The notes: generated from the letters alone by a model not told the origin. Shown: positions 1 to 11,308, counted from the stretch's first letter. The stretch: DNA of 55,580 nucleotides from an uncultured Planctomycetaceae bacterium (GCA_903919035.1 CAIXGY010000108.1:1-55580); one strand, 5' to 3'. Numbers and translations are program-made.

Positions 1-368
1 GCCGCGGGAGCCGCAGCGGCCACCGGCGCCGGCTGCGGCGTGACCGGCTTGGCGACCGGGGGAGGCGGAGCGGCGGCGGCCTTCGCCGGCGCAGGGCTTG
101 CCGGGGGCGGGGCCTTGGCAGGAGCGGTGCCCGCCGCGTCGAGCAGCACCAGCGCCTGGCCGACCTTCACGGTGTCGCCCTTCTTGACGAGCACCTTCGC
201 GATCAAGCCGCCCGGTGGACACGGCACCTCGATCACCGCCTTGTCGGTCTCCACCTCGAGAATCGCCTGCCCGGGCTTGATGACGTCGCCCTCCGCGACG
301 TGCACGCTCACCACGTCGCCAGAAGCGATGTTCTCTCCCAGGTCGGGCAGCTTGAATTCGGTGGCCAT
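1..368 (-). CDS. aceF: Pyruvate dehydrogenase E2 (dihydrolipoamide acetyltransferase), N-terminal lipoyl domain and Ala/Pro linker; runs off the window's left edge
   Basis: Manual translation from ATG at 368: [49 protein letters not shown]... contains the ETDKA lipoyl-lysine motif; lies directly downstream of aceE; absent from the ORF track. Confidence 0.92.
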   Translation of the reverse strand, partial: MATEFKLPDLGENIASGDVVSVHVAEGDVIKPGQAILEVETDKAVIEVPCPPGGLIAKVLVKKGDTVKVGQALVLLDAAGTAPAKAPPPASPAPAKAAAAPPPPVAKPVTPQPAPVAAAAPA

Positions 369-471
369 GCGGACTTCGCCTCGGTGCTTGGGACTTCCGG
401 ATTTGTGAAGAGAGCCGTTCGGTGAATGCAGCCCATGACGGGCATGTCGGGGAGCCGCCGGGCGCCCGGCG

Positions 472-3300
472 TCAGGCCGACGCCGGATCGATCTTGTCGG
501 GATCGACGCCCAGCCGCGCGATCGCCTCGCCGACGGCGTGAGCCCCGATCGCGCCGACCGCCGCCAGCCGCGACAGGGCGCCGATGGCGACGCATTCGCC
601 GTCGACCTCGAAATGGCGACGCAACTTCGGCCGCAACTCGCTGCGGCCGAAGCCGTCGGTGCCGAGCACGAACAACCCGCCTGGAATCCACGGGTCGAGT
701 TGCTCGGGCACCGCCCGCACGTGGTCGCTCGCCGCGACGAACACGCCTTGCTCGTCGGCCAGCAGCGTCTCCAGGTAGCTGCGACGCGGCTCCGCCTCGG
801 GATGGAGCATGTTCCAGCGGCGGCACTCCTGCGCGTCCCGCCGCAACTCCTTCCAACTCGTGACGCTCCAGACCGTGCACGACGCGCCCCAGTGCTCGGC
901 GAGCAACTCCGCCCCGCGGATCACCTCGCGGAGGATGGCGCCCGAGCCGAGCAGATGGACATGCGGCAGTTTCGTGGCCTTGCCGGCGGCCTTCTTCGCC
1001 GGGACCACGTCCCGCAGGCGGTACATGCCCTGGAGGATGCCCGCCTCGCAGCCCGGCGGCATCGGCGGCATCTCGTAGTTCTCGTTGTAGACGGTGAGGT
1101 AGTAGATCCAATCCTCGCCCTTGGCGTACATCCGCTCCATGCCGTCGAGCATGATCACCGTCGACTCGTAGACGAACGCCGGATCGTAGGCCTTGACGGT
1201 GGGATAGGCCATCGCAAAGAGGTGGCTGTGGCCGTCCTGGTGCTGCAGTCCCTCTCCGTTGAGCGTCGTCCGGCCGGCCGTGCCGCCGAGCAAGAAGCCT
1301 CGCGCCCGACTGTCGCAAGCGGCCCAGATCAGGTCGCCGATCCGCTGGAAGCCGAACATCGAGTAGTAGATGAACATCGGGATCATCGGCACGCCATGAC
1401 TGGCGTAGGCCGTGCCGGCGGCGACGAAGCTCGACATGCTTCCCGCCTCGGTGATGCCCTCCTCGAGGATCTGGCCGTCCTTGGCCTCGCGGTAGTAGAG
1501 GAGCTGGTCGGAGTCGACCGGCTCGTAGAGCTGGCCGGTGTGGGCGTAGATGCCGCACTGCTTGAAAAGCGGATCCATGCCGAAGGTCCGCGATTCGTCG
1601 GGCACGATCGGCACGATGTACTTGCCGACCCGCTTGTCCTTGAGAAGCGACGCCATGAGCGTGACCACGCCGGTGGTGGTGGACACCTCGCGGCCGGCGC
1701 TCTTCTCGATGAAGCTCATGTAGTCCGACAGCGGCGGCGTCTCGAGCAGCGGCCCCGACTTCGGGCGGCTCGGCACCTGCCCGCCGAGGGCGGCCCGTCG
1801 CTCCCGCAGGTAGCGCATCTCCTCCGAGTCCTCCGGCGGACGGTAGAAGGGCGCCTTGGCCACCTCGTCGTCGGAGATCGGGATCCCGAACCGCGAGCGG
1901 AAGGCCCGCAACTCGTCCTCGTTGAGCTTCTTCTGCTGGTGCGTGACGTTGCGGCCCTCGCCCACCTCTCCGAGCCCGTAGCCCTTGATCGTCTTGGCGA
2001 TGATCACGGTCGGCTTGCCGTGGCACTTCATCGCGGCGGCGTAGGCCGCATAGACCTTCTCGGGATCGTGGCCGCCGCGCTTCAGCTTCTTGAGCTTCTC
2101 GTCCGACAGGTGGGCCACCATCTCCAGAAGCTGGGGATCGGCCCCGAAGAAGTGGTCGCGGATGTAGCCGCCGGGCATGACGACATACTTCTGGTATTGA
2201 CCGTCCACCACCTCGTTCATCCGCTTGACGAGCAACCCCTCGGCGTCCTTGTCGAGCAGCGGATCCCAGTCCTCTCCCCAGATCACCTTGATCACGTTCC
2301 AGCCGGCACCGCGGAAGACGCCCTCGAGTTCCTGGATGATCTTGCCGTTGCCGCGCACGGGGCCGTCGAGCCGCTGCAGATTGCAGTTGATGACGAACAC
2401 CAGGTTGTCGAGCTGCTCACGGGCAGCCAGCGAAATCGCCCCGAGAGTTTCAGGCTCGTCGGTTTCACCGTCGCCGATGAAACACCAGACATGCTGCCGG
2501 CTCGTGTCCTTGATGCCACGATCCTGCAGGTACTTGTTGAAGCGGGCCTGGTAGATCGCCATGAGCGGCCCGAGGCCCATCGAAACCGTGGGAAACTCCC
2601 AGAATTCCGGCATCAGCCACGGGTGCGGGTAGCTCGACAGTCCGCCGCCGTCCGCGAGTTCGCGACGGAAGTTTTCGAGTTGCTTCTCGGAGATGCGACC
2701 TTCGAGGAAGGCCCGGGAATAGATCCCTGGCGAGGCGTGGCCCTGAAAGTAGACCTGATCGCCGGAGAAGTCGTCGCCGCGGCCGCGGATGAAGTGGTTC
2801 ATCGCCACTTCGACGAGGGTCGCCGAGGAGGCGAACGTGGAGATGTGGCCCCCGATGCTCTTGTCCTCGCGATTGGCGCGGACGACCATCGCCATGGCGT
2901 TCCAGCGGATGATGCTCTTGATCCGCCGCTCGATTTCCCGGTTGCCGGGGAACGGGGGCTGCCGATCGGCGGGGATGGTGTTGATGTAGGGCGTCGTGGC
3001 GGAGAACGGGATCGCCACTCCGAGTCGGTAGGCCTCCTGCTCGATGGCCTGCAGCAGGTAGGCGGCCCGGTCGCCCCCTCGGCTGTTGATCACGTAGCGG
3101 AGCGAGTCGAGCCACTCCCGGGTCTCAGTCGGGTCGGCATCGACGGCGGACACCCCGTCGACCACTTCCGGCTGGCCCGAGGCCCCTTCTCCAACCTGCC
3201 CGATCGCCATGGGAGCATGAACCCCGCGCGGCAGGCCGGCGGGAACTGCACCGCCCGCGTCACGCACCTCGTCGGACTGGTCGATGTCGGGGCTGGCCAT
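472..3300 (-). CDS. aceE: Pyruvate dehydrogenase E1, homodimeric AceE type
   Basis: Motifs [42 protein letters not shown] (ThDP binding), [10 protein letters not shown]; start could be 3300 or 3210. Confidence 0.97.
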   Translation of the reverse strand: MASPDIDQSDEVRDAGGAVPAGLPRGVHAPMAIGQVGEGASGQPEVVDGVSAVDADPTETREWLDSLRYVINSRGGDRAAYLLQAIEQEAYRLGVAIPFSATTPYINTIPADRQPPFPGNREIERRIKSIIRWNAMAMVVRANREDKSIGGHISTFASSATLVEVAMNHFIRGRGDDFSGDQVYFQGHASPGIYSRAFLEGRISEKQLENFRRELADGGGLSSYPHPWLMPEFWEFPTVSMGLGPLMAIYQARFNKYLQDRGIKDTSRQHVWCFIGDGETDEPETLGAISLAAREQLDNLVFVINCNLQRLDGPVRGNGKIIQELEGVFRGAGWNVIKVIWGEDWDPLLDKDAEGLLVKRMNEVVDGQYQKYVVMPGGYIRDHFFGADPQLLEMVAHLSDEKLKKLKRGGHDPEKVYAAYAAAMKCHGKPTVIIAKTIKGYGLGEVGEGRNVTHQQKKLNEDELRAFRSRFGIPISDDEVAKAPFYRPPEDSEEMRYLRERRAALGGQVPSRPKSGPLLETPPLSDYMSFIEKSAGREVSTTTGVVTLMASLLKDKRVGKYIVPIVPDESRTFGMDPLFKQCGIYAHTGQLYEPVDSDQLLYYREAKDGQILEEGITEAGSMSSFVAAGTAYASHGVPMIPMFIYYSMFGFQRIGDLIWAACDSRARGFLLGGTAGRTTLNGEGLQHQDGHSHLFAMAYPTVKAYDPAFVYESTVIMLDGMERMYAKGEDWIYYLTVYNENYEMPPMPPGCEAGILQGMYRLRDVVPAKKAAGKATKLPHVHLLGSGAILREVIRGAELLAEHWGASCTVWSVTSWKELRRDAQECRRWNMLHPEAEPRRSYLETLLADEQGVFVAASDHVRAVPEQLDPWIPGGLFVLGTDGFGRSELRPKLRRHFEVDGECVAIGALSRLAAVGAIGAHAVGEAIARLGVDPDKIDPASA

Positions 3301-3332
3301 GGGGGACTCCCGGGGGAACTACGAATTTCCGC

Positions 3333-3361
3333 ATTATTCCGCGGTTTCCCGGGGGCGTAAA
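3333..3361 (-). promoter_or_regulatory. Candidate sigma70-type promoter for aceE-aceF
   Basis: Minus strand reads TTTACG-N17-AATAAT about 30 bp upstream of the aceE ATG. Confidence 0.35.
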
Positions 3362-3480
3362 GGCCGGAAACGGCTGTCCGGAAAAAGCCGCGGGTCTCGC
3401 CCCCGCGCTCCACTCAGACGCACGAGCCTTCGCCACGGCAAACTCGGCACGATGCCGAGGTTTGCCGTGCAGCGGCATCA

Positions 3481-3562
3481 TGCGAGAGGCGGGAGTCGAA
3501 CCCGCACGCCTTGCGGCACTGGAACCTAAATCCAGCGCGTCTGCCAGTTCCGCCACTCTCGC
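3481..3562 (-). tRNA. tRNA-Leu (anticodon TAG), CCA not encoded
   Basis: Reverse complement GCGAGAGTGGCGGAACTGGCAGACGCGCTGGATTTAGGTTCCAG...GGTTCGACTCCCGCCTCTCGCA: acceptor stem, CTGGA-TTTAGGT-TCCAG anticodon arm, long variable arm, TTCGA T-loop. Confidence 0.96.
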
Positions 3563-3852
3563 TCGGGCACGAATCCGGCCGGTCGTGACCATGGTTTCGC
3601 GTCGGGGCGCAGTGCCTCGGTCCGCGTCGTGCCTCGCCCCGACATCCTCGCACAATCGCGCGCTGCCATCCAGGATGCAACCTCATTCCGTGGCATGGAC
3701 CACGTGGGCCGACGAGGGCACTCTCGTGCCAGCCCGGCACCTGACGGCCGGGAACCGTTTCTTGATGGATCTCCCGCTCGAAACTACAACTTCCCGGCTG
3801 CGAGCGAACCGCCGACCGGATCCGAACCGCCGCCCCTGGGAGCGAGACGAGC

Positions 3853-5277
3853 ATGCACGTGCCACTGGTGGTCCTGGGAGGCGGGCCCGGCGGGTATGCC
3901 GCGGCATTTCTCGCGGCCGATCTCGGCATGCCGGTGACACTCGTCGAGCGAGACGAACGGCTCGGCGGCACCTGCCTGCTTCGCGGCTGCATCCCGTCAA
4001 AGGCGCTGCTGCACGTGGGCCGCGTGCTGGCGGAATGCCGGGAACTCGAGGACTGGGGCGTCCACCTTGCCCGGCCGAAGATCGACCTGGGAGCCTTGCG
4101 ATCCCGCAAGGACAAGGTCATCGCCACGCTGACCGGCGGGCTTGGGACGCTGGCCCGGCGGCGCAATGTGACGGTCGTCAGGGGCACGGCCCGATTCACG
4201 AACTCGACGACTCTCGAAGTCGTCTCCGCGGAATCGGGCGGCTCGACCCAGACCCTGACCTTCGACCACTGCATCCTGGCGTCCGGCTCGAGGCCCGCCC
4301 GGATTCCGGCCTTCGACATCGGCAGCCCGCGGGTGATGGATTCCACCGGGGCCCTCGAATTGGCCGACGTCCCGAAGTCATTGCTCGTCGTCGGGGGGGG
4401 CTATATCGGCCTGGAAATGGGCACCGTCTACGCAGAGCTCGGCTCGAAGGTGTCGGTCGTCGAACTCACCGACGGGCTGTTGCCAGGGGCCGACCGCGAC
4501 CTCGTCAAGCCACTGCAGCAACGGCTGGAGAAGTTGTTTGAGAAGATCATGCTTCGCACGAAGGTGGTGGGGCTCGAAGACACCGGCTCGGCAGTCGCGG
4601 TGCGTTTCGAAGGGCCCGACGGGCCCAGCGAGAAGGAGTTTGCGAGGGTGCTCGTCGCGGTGGGACGGCGGCCGAATTCGGACGGCATCGGCCTCGAGAA
4701 CACCGGCGTGAAGATCGATGCCCGTGGATTCGTCGCGGTCGATGGCCAACAACGGACGGCCGATCCCCACATCCTGGCGATCGGCGACGTATGCGGCGAG
4801 CCGATGCTCGCACATCGCGCGAGCCATCAGGGAAAGGTGGCCGTCGAGTGCCTGCACGGCGAGGCCGCGCTCTTCGCCCCGCGGGCGATTCCCGCGGTGG
4901 TGTTCACCGATCCGGAGATCGCCTGGGCCGGCCTGACCGAACAGGAGGCCTCCGCTTCCGGCCGTGCCGTCGAGGTGAGCCGCTACCCCTGGGCCGCAAG
5001 CGGCCGAGCACATGCGCTCGGCCGCACCGATGGCCTCACGAAGATGCTCGTGGATCCTGAATCCGACACGGTGCTCGGAGTGGGCATCGTCGGGCCGGGT
5101 GCCGGCGAACTCATCGCTGAGGGAGTGCTCGCCATCGAGATGGGGTGCTCGGCGCGGGATCTCGCCGAGACGATCCACCCGCATCCGACGCTGGGCGAAA
5201 CGGTCGCCTTTTCGGCCGAAAATTACTTCGGTCTGGCGACCGAGATCTACAGGCCGCGGGCCGAGGCCACGCGCTGA
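3853..5277 (+). CDS. lpdA: Dihydrolipoamide dehydrogenase (E3)
   Basis: GGGPGGY FAD motif, GGTCLLRGCIPSK redox disulfide, GGGYIGLE NAD motif, C-terminal HPHPTLGE. Confidence 0.97.
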   Translation: MHVPLVVLGGGPGGYAAAFLAADLGMPVTLVERDERLGGTCLLRGCIPSKALLHVGRVLAECRELEDWGVHLARPKIDLGALRSRKDKVIATLTGGLGTLARRRNVTVVRGTARFTNSTTLEVVSAESGGSTQTLTFDHCILASGSRPARIPAFDIGSPRVMDSTGALELADVPKSLLVVGGGYIGLEMGTVYAELGSKVSVVELTDGLLPGADRDLVKPLQQRLEKLFEKIMLRTKVVGLEDTGSAVAVRFEGPDGPSEKEFARVLVAVGRRPNSDGIGLENTGVKIDARGFVAVDGQQRTADPHILAIGDVCGEPMLAHRASHQGKVAVECLHGEAALFAPRAIPAVVFTDPEIAWAGLTEQEASASGRAVEVSRYPWAASGRAHALGRTDGLTKMLVDPESDTVLGVGIVGPGAGELIAEGVLAIEMGCSARDLAETIHPHPTLGETVAFSAENYFGLATEIYRPRAEATR

Positions 5278-6083
5278 CGGGTCGGTGCCTGGAGCCGCCA
5301 CGGCACCGCTCCTGCGGCGACCGAGCGGCCGACCGCGTCGGGATACCGCATGCCGCTGGCTTCCGCGGGCTCGTCATCCTCCGCCGCCGGCACCGACGAT
5401 TGATCGAACAGACCGCTCGGCTGCTCTCCGCCGTCGGGCTTGGTCGTCGGTTCGGATGCCGGCCGCCGGAGGTCGCTCGCGGGATCGAGTCGCTGATTCT
5501 CGTCGGGCTCCGGAGCCTTGAACGTGTCGTCGGGAAACGGTTCGGAGGCCGACGGTGCGTCGTCGGGATTCGGAGTGAGCGGCTCCACGCCGGCTGCCCG
5601 CGGCGAGTCGCCCACCGGTGCTGACTCGACGGGCGGCGCCGTGGGATCGTCGTCCGCCAGCGGCGGCGACTCCTCTTCGGCAGAGGGCACCTGCGACGCC
5701 GGTGGCCGCGACGGTGTGACGGCCTCATCAGCGCCGACAGGAACGACGCCCTGCGTTGGCCAGCGGCGCCATTGGGTGCCGTAAAAGCCGTACTGGCTCG
5801 GCCGCACGGGACAATGCGGAGCGCACAGGCCGTCGCGACAGGCCGCCGCATGACCGCGATGGAGCCGACACCCGGACGGGTCGCAGTCATTGCAGCGACC
5901 GCAGTGGTGCCCGCCGGCCGGAGTCACGGCATGATCGACCTTGGCCGGACGCCGCGTCGTCACCGCCGCTTCGCCGCCGACCACCGCGCCCGTGCCTGCC
6001 AGGGCGGCGAGACACCAGGCGGCGATCGGTCCGGACGTCCGGACGACGCCACGACCGAGACGAGTGACGAGGCTGGGTTTCAT
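5247..6083 (-). CDS. Hypothetical secreted protein with Cys/His-rich domain, YGFYGTQWRRWP motif and Pro/acidic tail
   Basis: ATG at 6083 preceded by AAGGGAG; basic then hydrophobic N-terminus; 7 Cys in about 35 aa; overlaps the lpdA 3' end convergently by 31 bp. Confidence 0.65.
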   Translation of the reverse strand: MKPSLVTRLGRGVVRTSGPIAAWCLAALAGTGAVVGGEAAVTTRRPAKVDHAVTPAGGHHCGRCNDCDPSGCRLHRGHAAACRDGLCAPHCPVRPSQYGFYGTQWRRWPTQGVVPVGADEAVTPSRPPASQVPSAEEESPPLADDDPTAPPVESAPVGDSPRAAGVEPLTPNPDDAPSASEPFPDDTFKAPEPDENQRLDPASDLRRPASEPTTKPDGGEQPSGLFDQSSVPAAEDDEPAEASGMRYPDAVGRSVAAGAVPWRLQAPTRQRVASARGL

Positions 6084-6361
6084 CGGATGCGAACTCCCTT
6101 GGTCGCGGCGTCGGATCCGCACGAGGCCCCGGATCGGCACGGAGCGCCGGACCGGCACCTGCGGAACAATCCTCCCTATCGTTCATCCCGGGCGGTGAAC
6201 TTTGGTCAGACTGCCGGCTGGATGGCCCGGGAGCCTGGGAAATCTGCGGCCCAGAAGGCGGCGTTCACCGCCCGCAAATCGTCTCCCCGGATTGGTAGAC
6301 TGCTCAGTGTGGGCGGTTGCCCGCCCTTGTCCTGACCAGACTCCGCGGAGATCGTCGCGAC

Positions 6362-9300
6362 GTGAAGCGAGTCAATTTCAAGCTGTTGCTCGGGCTGTTC
6401 ATCGCCGTCGCGGTGCTCGGTGGCGGCGTATTCGGCCTCCATCGCTACCAGGTCAACCGCAACGCGGGCGGCCTCGTGTCCCTCGCGCGACAGCGTCTCA
6501 AGGACGGCAAGACCGGCGAGGCCCTCGGCTTCTTCGGCCGGTATCTCGGCATGCGACCGGACGACGTCGCGGTGCAGCGTGAATACGCGGAACTCGTGCT
6601 CGCGCAGACGCAGGGCACGAACGCCTCCCAGGCGGAATTGCAGCGGGCGTACAACAGCCTCGAGGAGGCCGTGCGGCGCAATCCCGACGACGATCCACTG
6701 CGACTGAAGCTCGCCGAATTCCAGGTCCGCGTCGGCCGGTTCAGCGACGCTCGGGAGCATCTCGAGACCCTTCGGCAGCGGATGGAAGAGCGGGCCGCCG
6801 ACGGCAAGGACGAAGAACTCGACTCCCAGAAGGTTCAGTTGCTGCTGGCGCGAGCCTTCGCCGGTGAAGGCGACTTCGACTCAGCCTCCCGACTCGCAGC
6901 CGACCTCATCGGCTACGACGTGCAGCAGCGGGCCTTCGATCCCGACCGCCAGCCCGTCGACGACACCGAGCCCTACGTGCTGCTGGCCGCCATCCTCGAG
7001 GAGCGACTCGACGACGCGTCCGCCGCCACGACGGTGTTGGAAGAACTCGGGAAGCGACGCAGCACCGACTCGAAGGCATGGCTGGCCCTCGCCAAGTGGC
7101 ACCGCCAGCGGAGCGACCTCGATGCGGCCGTCCAGGACATGGAAAAGGCGCTCGAAATCGCCCCGGAAGACCCCGACGTGGTGTGGGGTGCGTTCGAGTT
7201 GGCGCTGGCCCAGGGAAACCTGGAAGAAGCCCAGGCGACCGCCACCCGCGCCCGCGAGCTGTTTCCCGGGGATGAGCGGGTGTATCGGGGGCTCGCCGCC
7301 CTGGCCTTGCAGCGCAGCGATCTGCCCGCGGCGGAAGAAGCGCTGCGGGATGGCGTCGACAAGGTGCCTGGCAAGGCATCGTTGATGCTCATGCTCGCCG
7401 ACACGCTGCTCCAGCAGGGCAAGCTCGACGAGACCGACGACACGGTGCAGCAGATCGAGGAACTCTACGGCACCGCGAGCCCGGCCGTGGGCCTGCTCCA
7501 GAGCCGCGTGTTGATCGCCCGGAAGCGTTGGCCGCAGGCTCGGCAGAAGCTCGAGGAAATCCGGCCGCTCGCCGTGGGGCTCACCGAGATGACCCGCCAG
7601 ATCGACCTCTGCCTCGGCCAGTGCTACGAGAACCTCGAGGAGTTCGACGAGCAGCTCGACGTGAGCCGTCGGATCCTGGTCGACGATCCCACGTCGCTGG
7701 CGGCGCGGGTGGCGCAGGCCTCGGCGATGGCGTCGGCCGGCAAGTCCGACGAGGCGCTGGCTGAATTCGAGACGGTGGCCGCGGCAGTGCCCCCGGATCG
7801 GCTGCCTTCGGTGCCGCAGATCTGGTACCCGCTCATGCAGCTGCGGGTCGTCGAGCAGATGAAGAAGTCGGCGGGCGAACGCGATTGGAGCCGCATCGAC
7901 AGCCTGCTCACCCAGCTCGAGGAATCGGCGGCCGTGTCGACCTCGCAACTGGCACTGCTGCGGGCCGACATCCTCTCGCGCAAGGGCGAGAACGAGGCGG
8001 CGCTCGACCTCCTGGAAAGGGCCGCGCAGGCTCCCGATGCCGAGCCCGCCGTCTGGTCGTCGTATGCCCTGCTCACCCTCCGCGAACGCGGAGCGGACGC
8101 GGCCCGCGCGATCATCGCCGGTCTGCCCGCTGATCGGGCCGACCATCCCGCGATGGTGAGCGTGAGGATGCAGCTGGCGGCCAGGGCGGCTCCCGAGGAG
8201 GCCGACCGCGAACTCTCCGCCCTCGAGGAACAGACCGAGCAGATGCCTCCGGAGGAGGCGGCGCGGCTGCTGTCGATGGTGGGTGGTCTGCGGCTCGAAC
8301 TCGGAGACGCGGCCGAGGCGGAGCGGCTGTGGCGCAAGGCCGCGGATCGGCAGGTCGACGACCTGCGATCGCGAACCGCCCTTTTGGAACTCGCCATGAA
8401 GCAGGGCGACATCGAGAAGGCGAAGGCGGCGGCCATCGACATCGAGGCCGTGGCCGGGGCGACCAGTGCCCGGGCCCGCGTGGCCGACGCCGGCGTGAAG
8501 ATCCTCGAAGTCCGCAAGGCCCAGGAGACCAAGGAACTGGAAACCGGCAAGGTGGATCTGACCCCCGATGAGGAACGACTGCTCGACCAGGCTCGCAACC
8601 TCCTCATCGAGGCCGAGAATGACCGTCCTGGCTGGCACCTCATCCAGACCTACTCGGCGGAGATCGATGGCCTCAAAGGCGACATTCCCGCCGCGATCGA
8701 GCGGCTGAAGCGGGCCGTGCGCCTCGGCCCGACGAACCCGGACGTCGTCCGGCAACTCGTCGCCCTGCTCTATTCCTCCAATCGCCTTGACGAGGCGCGG
8801 CAAGCGCTCGACCAGCTCGGCCCCGACGGACTGGCGGGCTTCGAGCGGCTGTCGGCCGAGATGGAGCTGCGCTCGGGCCGCATGGACGAGGCCGTCGCGA
8901 TCGCGGAGCGATCGGTTGGCCTCGACTCCAAGAACGGCAGCGAACTGCTCTGGCTGGCTCAGCTGTTGGAGCGCTCCGGCAAGCGCGAGCGCGCGGGCGA
9001 ACTCTTCCAGAGGGTGGTCGAGGTGGCTCCGGACCGCGCCGACGGCTGGATCGCCCTCTTTTCCCATCAACTGACGACGGGCCGGCGCCGGGCTGCCGAG
9101 GCCACGCTCGACAGGGCTGCCGAGGCTTTGCCGTCGCCCGGGCGAGACCTGGTGCTCGCCCAGGGAGCTGAGATGCTCGGCCGGCTACAGGATGCCGAGG
9201 CGGCCTTCCGCGCCGCCGCCGAGGCGGCTCCTGACGACGTGGGCATCGCCACCGCCCGGGCCGAGTTCCTGGTGCGCACCGGCAGGTTCGATGCGGCCCG

Positions 9301-10729
9301 GCAGTCGCTTCAGGATCTCATCGCGTCGAAGTCAGACACGGCGGCGACGCGAGCGATGCGGACCTGGGCGCGGCGCAAGCTCGCGGAACTCACCGCGGAC
9401 CGCGGCACCTATCCGCAGCTCCGTGAGGCGCTCGCGCTCATCGACGAAAACGTCGCGGCCGAGGGGCGACTCACTCCGGAAGACGCCGCTGCCAAGATCG
9501 CGCTGCTCGCGAACCGGCAGGAGCCGGAGAGCTGGCAGCAGGCGGTGGCGGTGCTGGAGGCCCTGCGCAAGGAACAGACGCTGACGACCGCACAAAGGCT
9601 CACCCTGGCCGGATTGCTCGACAAGGTGGGGCGCTGGGAGGAGTCGCGGCAGGAGTTGATGGCGATCGTGGCGGCGCCGAAGACTCCGCCGGCGTTCATC
9701 GCGATGCTGGCCGACAAGCTCATCACGCACGGCGAGATCGACAATGCCCGCGCGTGGGTCAAGCGGTTGCAGGAGACCGCCCCCGAGGCTCCGGTGACGA
9801 TCGCCCTCGAGGCCCGCCTGGCGATCACCGACAAGGACCGCGCCCGCGCCGCCGATCTGGCCCGGCGGCTCATGCCCGCCGGCTCCGTGCCCACCGACCA
9901 GGGGGCGCAGCTTGCGGCGCTCGCGCAACTGATGGAAGACCTCGGCTTTCCCAAGGCCGCGGACAATGTGCTGGTGCAATATGCGTCCCAGTCGCCCGAT
10001 GGCGTGATCGCCCGCGCGCAATTCCTGGGTCGGCAGATGCGGGCCGACGAGGCTCTCGACGTCCTCGAGGCGTCGTGGGATGCCCTGCCGCTGGAGCGGC
10101 TCATCTCGGTCGCGATCGACGTGGTGCGGCCCAACCCGAAGGCCGAGTCGGCGGCGAATCGTCTCCAGCAGTGGGTCGTCAAGGCCCGCCGCATCGATCC
10201 GGATTCCATTGTCGTCGGACTGGTCGAAGCCGAGTTGTTTGGCATGCAGGATCGTGAAGCCGAGGCCGAGGCCATGTACCGCGAACTGCTGACCAGGGAC
10301 CGCCTGGAGCCGATGCAGGCGGCCATCATTTCGAACAATTTGGCGTTCCACCTCGCCGAGCCCACGACGGCCGCCGAGGCCAAGAAACTGATCGACACGG
10401 CCATCGAGACGATCGGGCCGCACCCCGACCTGCTCGACACGCGCGGTCTGGTCAAACTCGCCCTGGGCGAGGATCGGGAGGCGGTAGCCGACCTCGAGCA
10501 GGCGATCCTCAAACCGACCGACGTGAAGTTCCTGCATCTGGCGTACGCCCATCTGCGTGCCGGCGACAAGTCTGCGGCCCGCGCCGCCCTGGAGCAGGGG
10601 CGGAAGAAGGGGCTCGACACCGAGCGGCTTTCGAGATCGGACCGGTCGCGTCTGCGGGAGCTGGAGACGGCTCTCGGCCTCGCGCCGGAACAAGCCGGCC
10701 CCGCCGCCGCCGAGCCGGGCCGCGGCTGA
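6362..10729 (+). CDS. Very large tetratricopeptide-repeat protein with N-terminal membrane anchor
   Basis: GTG at 6362 after GGAG; hydrophobic segment LLLGLFIAVAVLGGGVFGL; many TPR-like helical repeats (e.g. EKALEIAPEDPDV, NNLAFHLA...LLDTRGLVKLALG). Confidence 0.88.
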   Translation: MKRVNFKLLLGLFIAVAVLGGGVFGLHRYQVNRNAGGLVSLARQRLKDGKTGEALGFFGRYLGMRPDDVAVQREYAELVLAQTQGTNASQAELQRAYNSLEEAVRRNPDDDPLRLKLAEFQVRVGRFSDAREHLETLRQRMEERAADGKDEELDSQKVQLLLARAFAGEGDFDSASRLAADLIGYDVQQRAFDPDRQPVDDTEPYVLLAAILEERLDDASAATTVLEELGKRRSTDSKAWLALAKWHRQRSDLDAAVQDMEKALEIAPEDPDVVWGAFELALAQGNLEEAQATATRARELFPGDERVYRGLAALALQRSDLPAAEEALRDGVDKVPGKASLMLMLADTLLQQGKLDETDDTVQQIEELYGTASPAVGLLQSRVLIARKRWPQARQKLEEIRPLAVGLTEMTRQIDLCLGQCYENLEEFDEQLDVSRRILVDDPTSLAARVAQASAMASAGKSDEALAEFETVAAAVPPDRLPSVPQIWYPLMQLRVVEQMKKSAGERDWSRIDSLLTQLEESAAVSTSQLALLRADILSRKGENEAALDLLERAAQAPDAEPAVWSSYALLTLRERGADAARAIIAGLPADRADHPAMVSVRMQLAARAAPEEADRELSALEEQTEQMPPEEAARLLSMVGGLRLELGDAAEAERLWRKAADRQVDDLRSRTALLELAMKQGDIEKAKAAAIDIEAVAGATSARARVADAGVKILEVRKAQETKELETGKVDLTPDEERLLDQARNLLIEAENDRPGWHLIQTYSAEIDGLKGDIPAAIERLKRAVRLGPTNPDVVRQLVALLYSSNRLDEARQALDQLGPDGLAGFERLSAEMELRSGRMDEAVAIAERSVGLDSKNGSELLWLAQLLERSGKRERAGELFQRVVEVAPDRADGWIALFSHQLTTGRRRAAEATLDRAAEALPSPGRDLVLAQGAEMLGRLQDAEAAFRAAAEAAPDDVGIATARAEFLVRTGRFDAARQSLQDLIASKSDTAATRAMRTWARRKLAELTADRGTYPQLREALALIDENVAAEGRLTPEDAAAKIALLANRQEPESWQQAVAVLEALRKEQTLTTAQRLTLAGLLDKVGRWEESRQELMAIVAAPKTPPAFIAMLADKLITHGEIDNARAWVKRLQETAPEAPVTIALEARLAITDKDRARAADLARRLMPAGSVPTDQGAQLAALAQLMEDLGFPKAADNVLVQYASQSPDGVIARAQFLGRQMRADEALDVLEASWDALPLERLISVAIDVVRPNPKAESAANRLQQWVVKARRIDPDSIVVGLVEAELFGMQDREAEAEAMYRELLTRDRLEPMQAAIISNNLAFHLAEPTTAAEAKKLIDTAIETIGPHPDLLDTRGLVKLALGEDREAVADLEQAILKPTDVKFLHLAYAHLRAGDKSAARAALEQGRKKGLDTERLSRSDRSRLRELETALGLAPEQAGPAAAEPGRG

Positions 10730-10745
10730 TCGAATCGAGACGCGC

Positions 10746-11075
10746 TCAGCGCGGCGGGGCGGATTGCAGCATCCGTGACCGCGCGAGCGCATCCTCGGCC
10801 TCGGGAATGAGGCCGGCCCGCATGCAGGCCACGCTCAACGCCGTGTAACTGAACGGATCCGCCGGCTCGAGCTCGCAGACCCGACGCGCATGCCGGACGG
10901 CGTCGGCATGACGCTCCAGACGGGTGCACCAGGCCGCCAGCGCGGAGTGTGCCAGGGCGAATTCGGGATGGTCCGCCACGACCGACTCGAGCGCGGCCAC
11001 GGCCCCCGCGAGGTCCCCGGTGTCCTTGAGGCGTTCCGCCGCCGCATACCGATCGTCCCGCGTGTCGCTGCCCAT
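10746..11075 (-). CDS. Small TPR protein
   Basis: TPR-like pattern (HPEFALAHSALAAWC...ELEPADPFSYTALSVAC); GACAGGAG RBS upstream. Confidence 0.8.
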   Translation of the reverse strand: MGSDTRDDRYAAAERLKDTGDLAGAVAALESVVADHPEFALAHSALAAWCTRLERHADAVRHARRVCELEPADPFSYTALSVACMRAGLIPEAEDALARSRMLQSAPPR

Positions 11076-11238
11076 GCCGCGTCGGCTCCTGTCCTCGAGG
11101 CCTAGTTCGTTCGGCCATCCGCTCCGCCCACTATATCCGCCCCCGCTGATCCGGGATCGGCGGATCCTTCCCTCGCGGCGGCCGGCTGGGGAAATAGGCA
11201 GGCCCGGCAGACATGGCGGACGCGTCTGAAATTGCCAT

Positions 11239-11265
11239 TGAATCGCTCACCCACGCGGCCGATAA
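11239..11265 (+). promoter_or_regulatory. Candidate sigma28 (FliA) promoter upstream of lpxA
   Basis: TGAA-N15-GCCGATAA versus consensus TAAA-N15-GCCGATAA; 44 bp upstream of the GTG start. Confidence 0.45.
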
Positions 11266-11308
11266 ACCCGACCGGACAGACTCGCGAACGCGTGGCGAAA
11301 GGGATCCC

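Noticed and set aside
538-3360. Long antisense or alternative-frame ORFs (also 6881-9070, 15119-17938, 42637-44958 and others)
   Set aside because: Typical high-GC shadow ORFs opposite well-supported genes, with no recognisable motifs
3481-3562. tRNA-Leu or tRNA-Glu as island integration sites
   Set aside because: No duplicated tRNA 3' end was noticed in the window and both are flanked by core genes
3717-3733. Possible sigma54 promoter TGGCACG...TGC on the minus strand
   Set aside because: GG-GC spacing is one base short; it is simply a GGCAC/GTGCC inverted repeat
11076-11180. Many GGA triplets in the leader of the small TPR gene and upstream of lpdA
   Set aside because: Mostly lack the full ANGGA-in-loop context; cannot be distinguished by eye from GC-rich background
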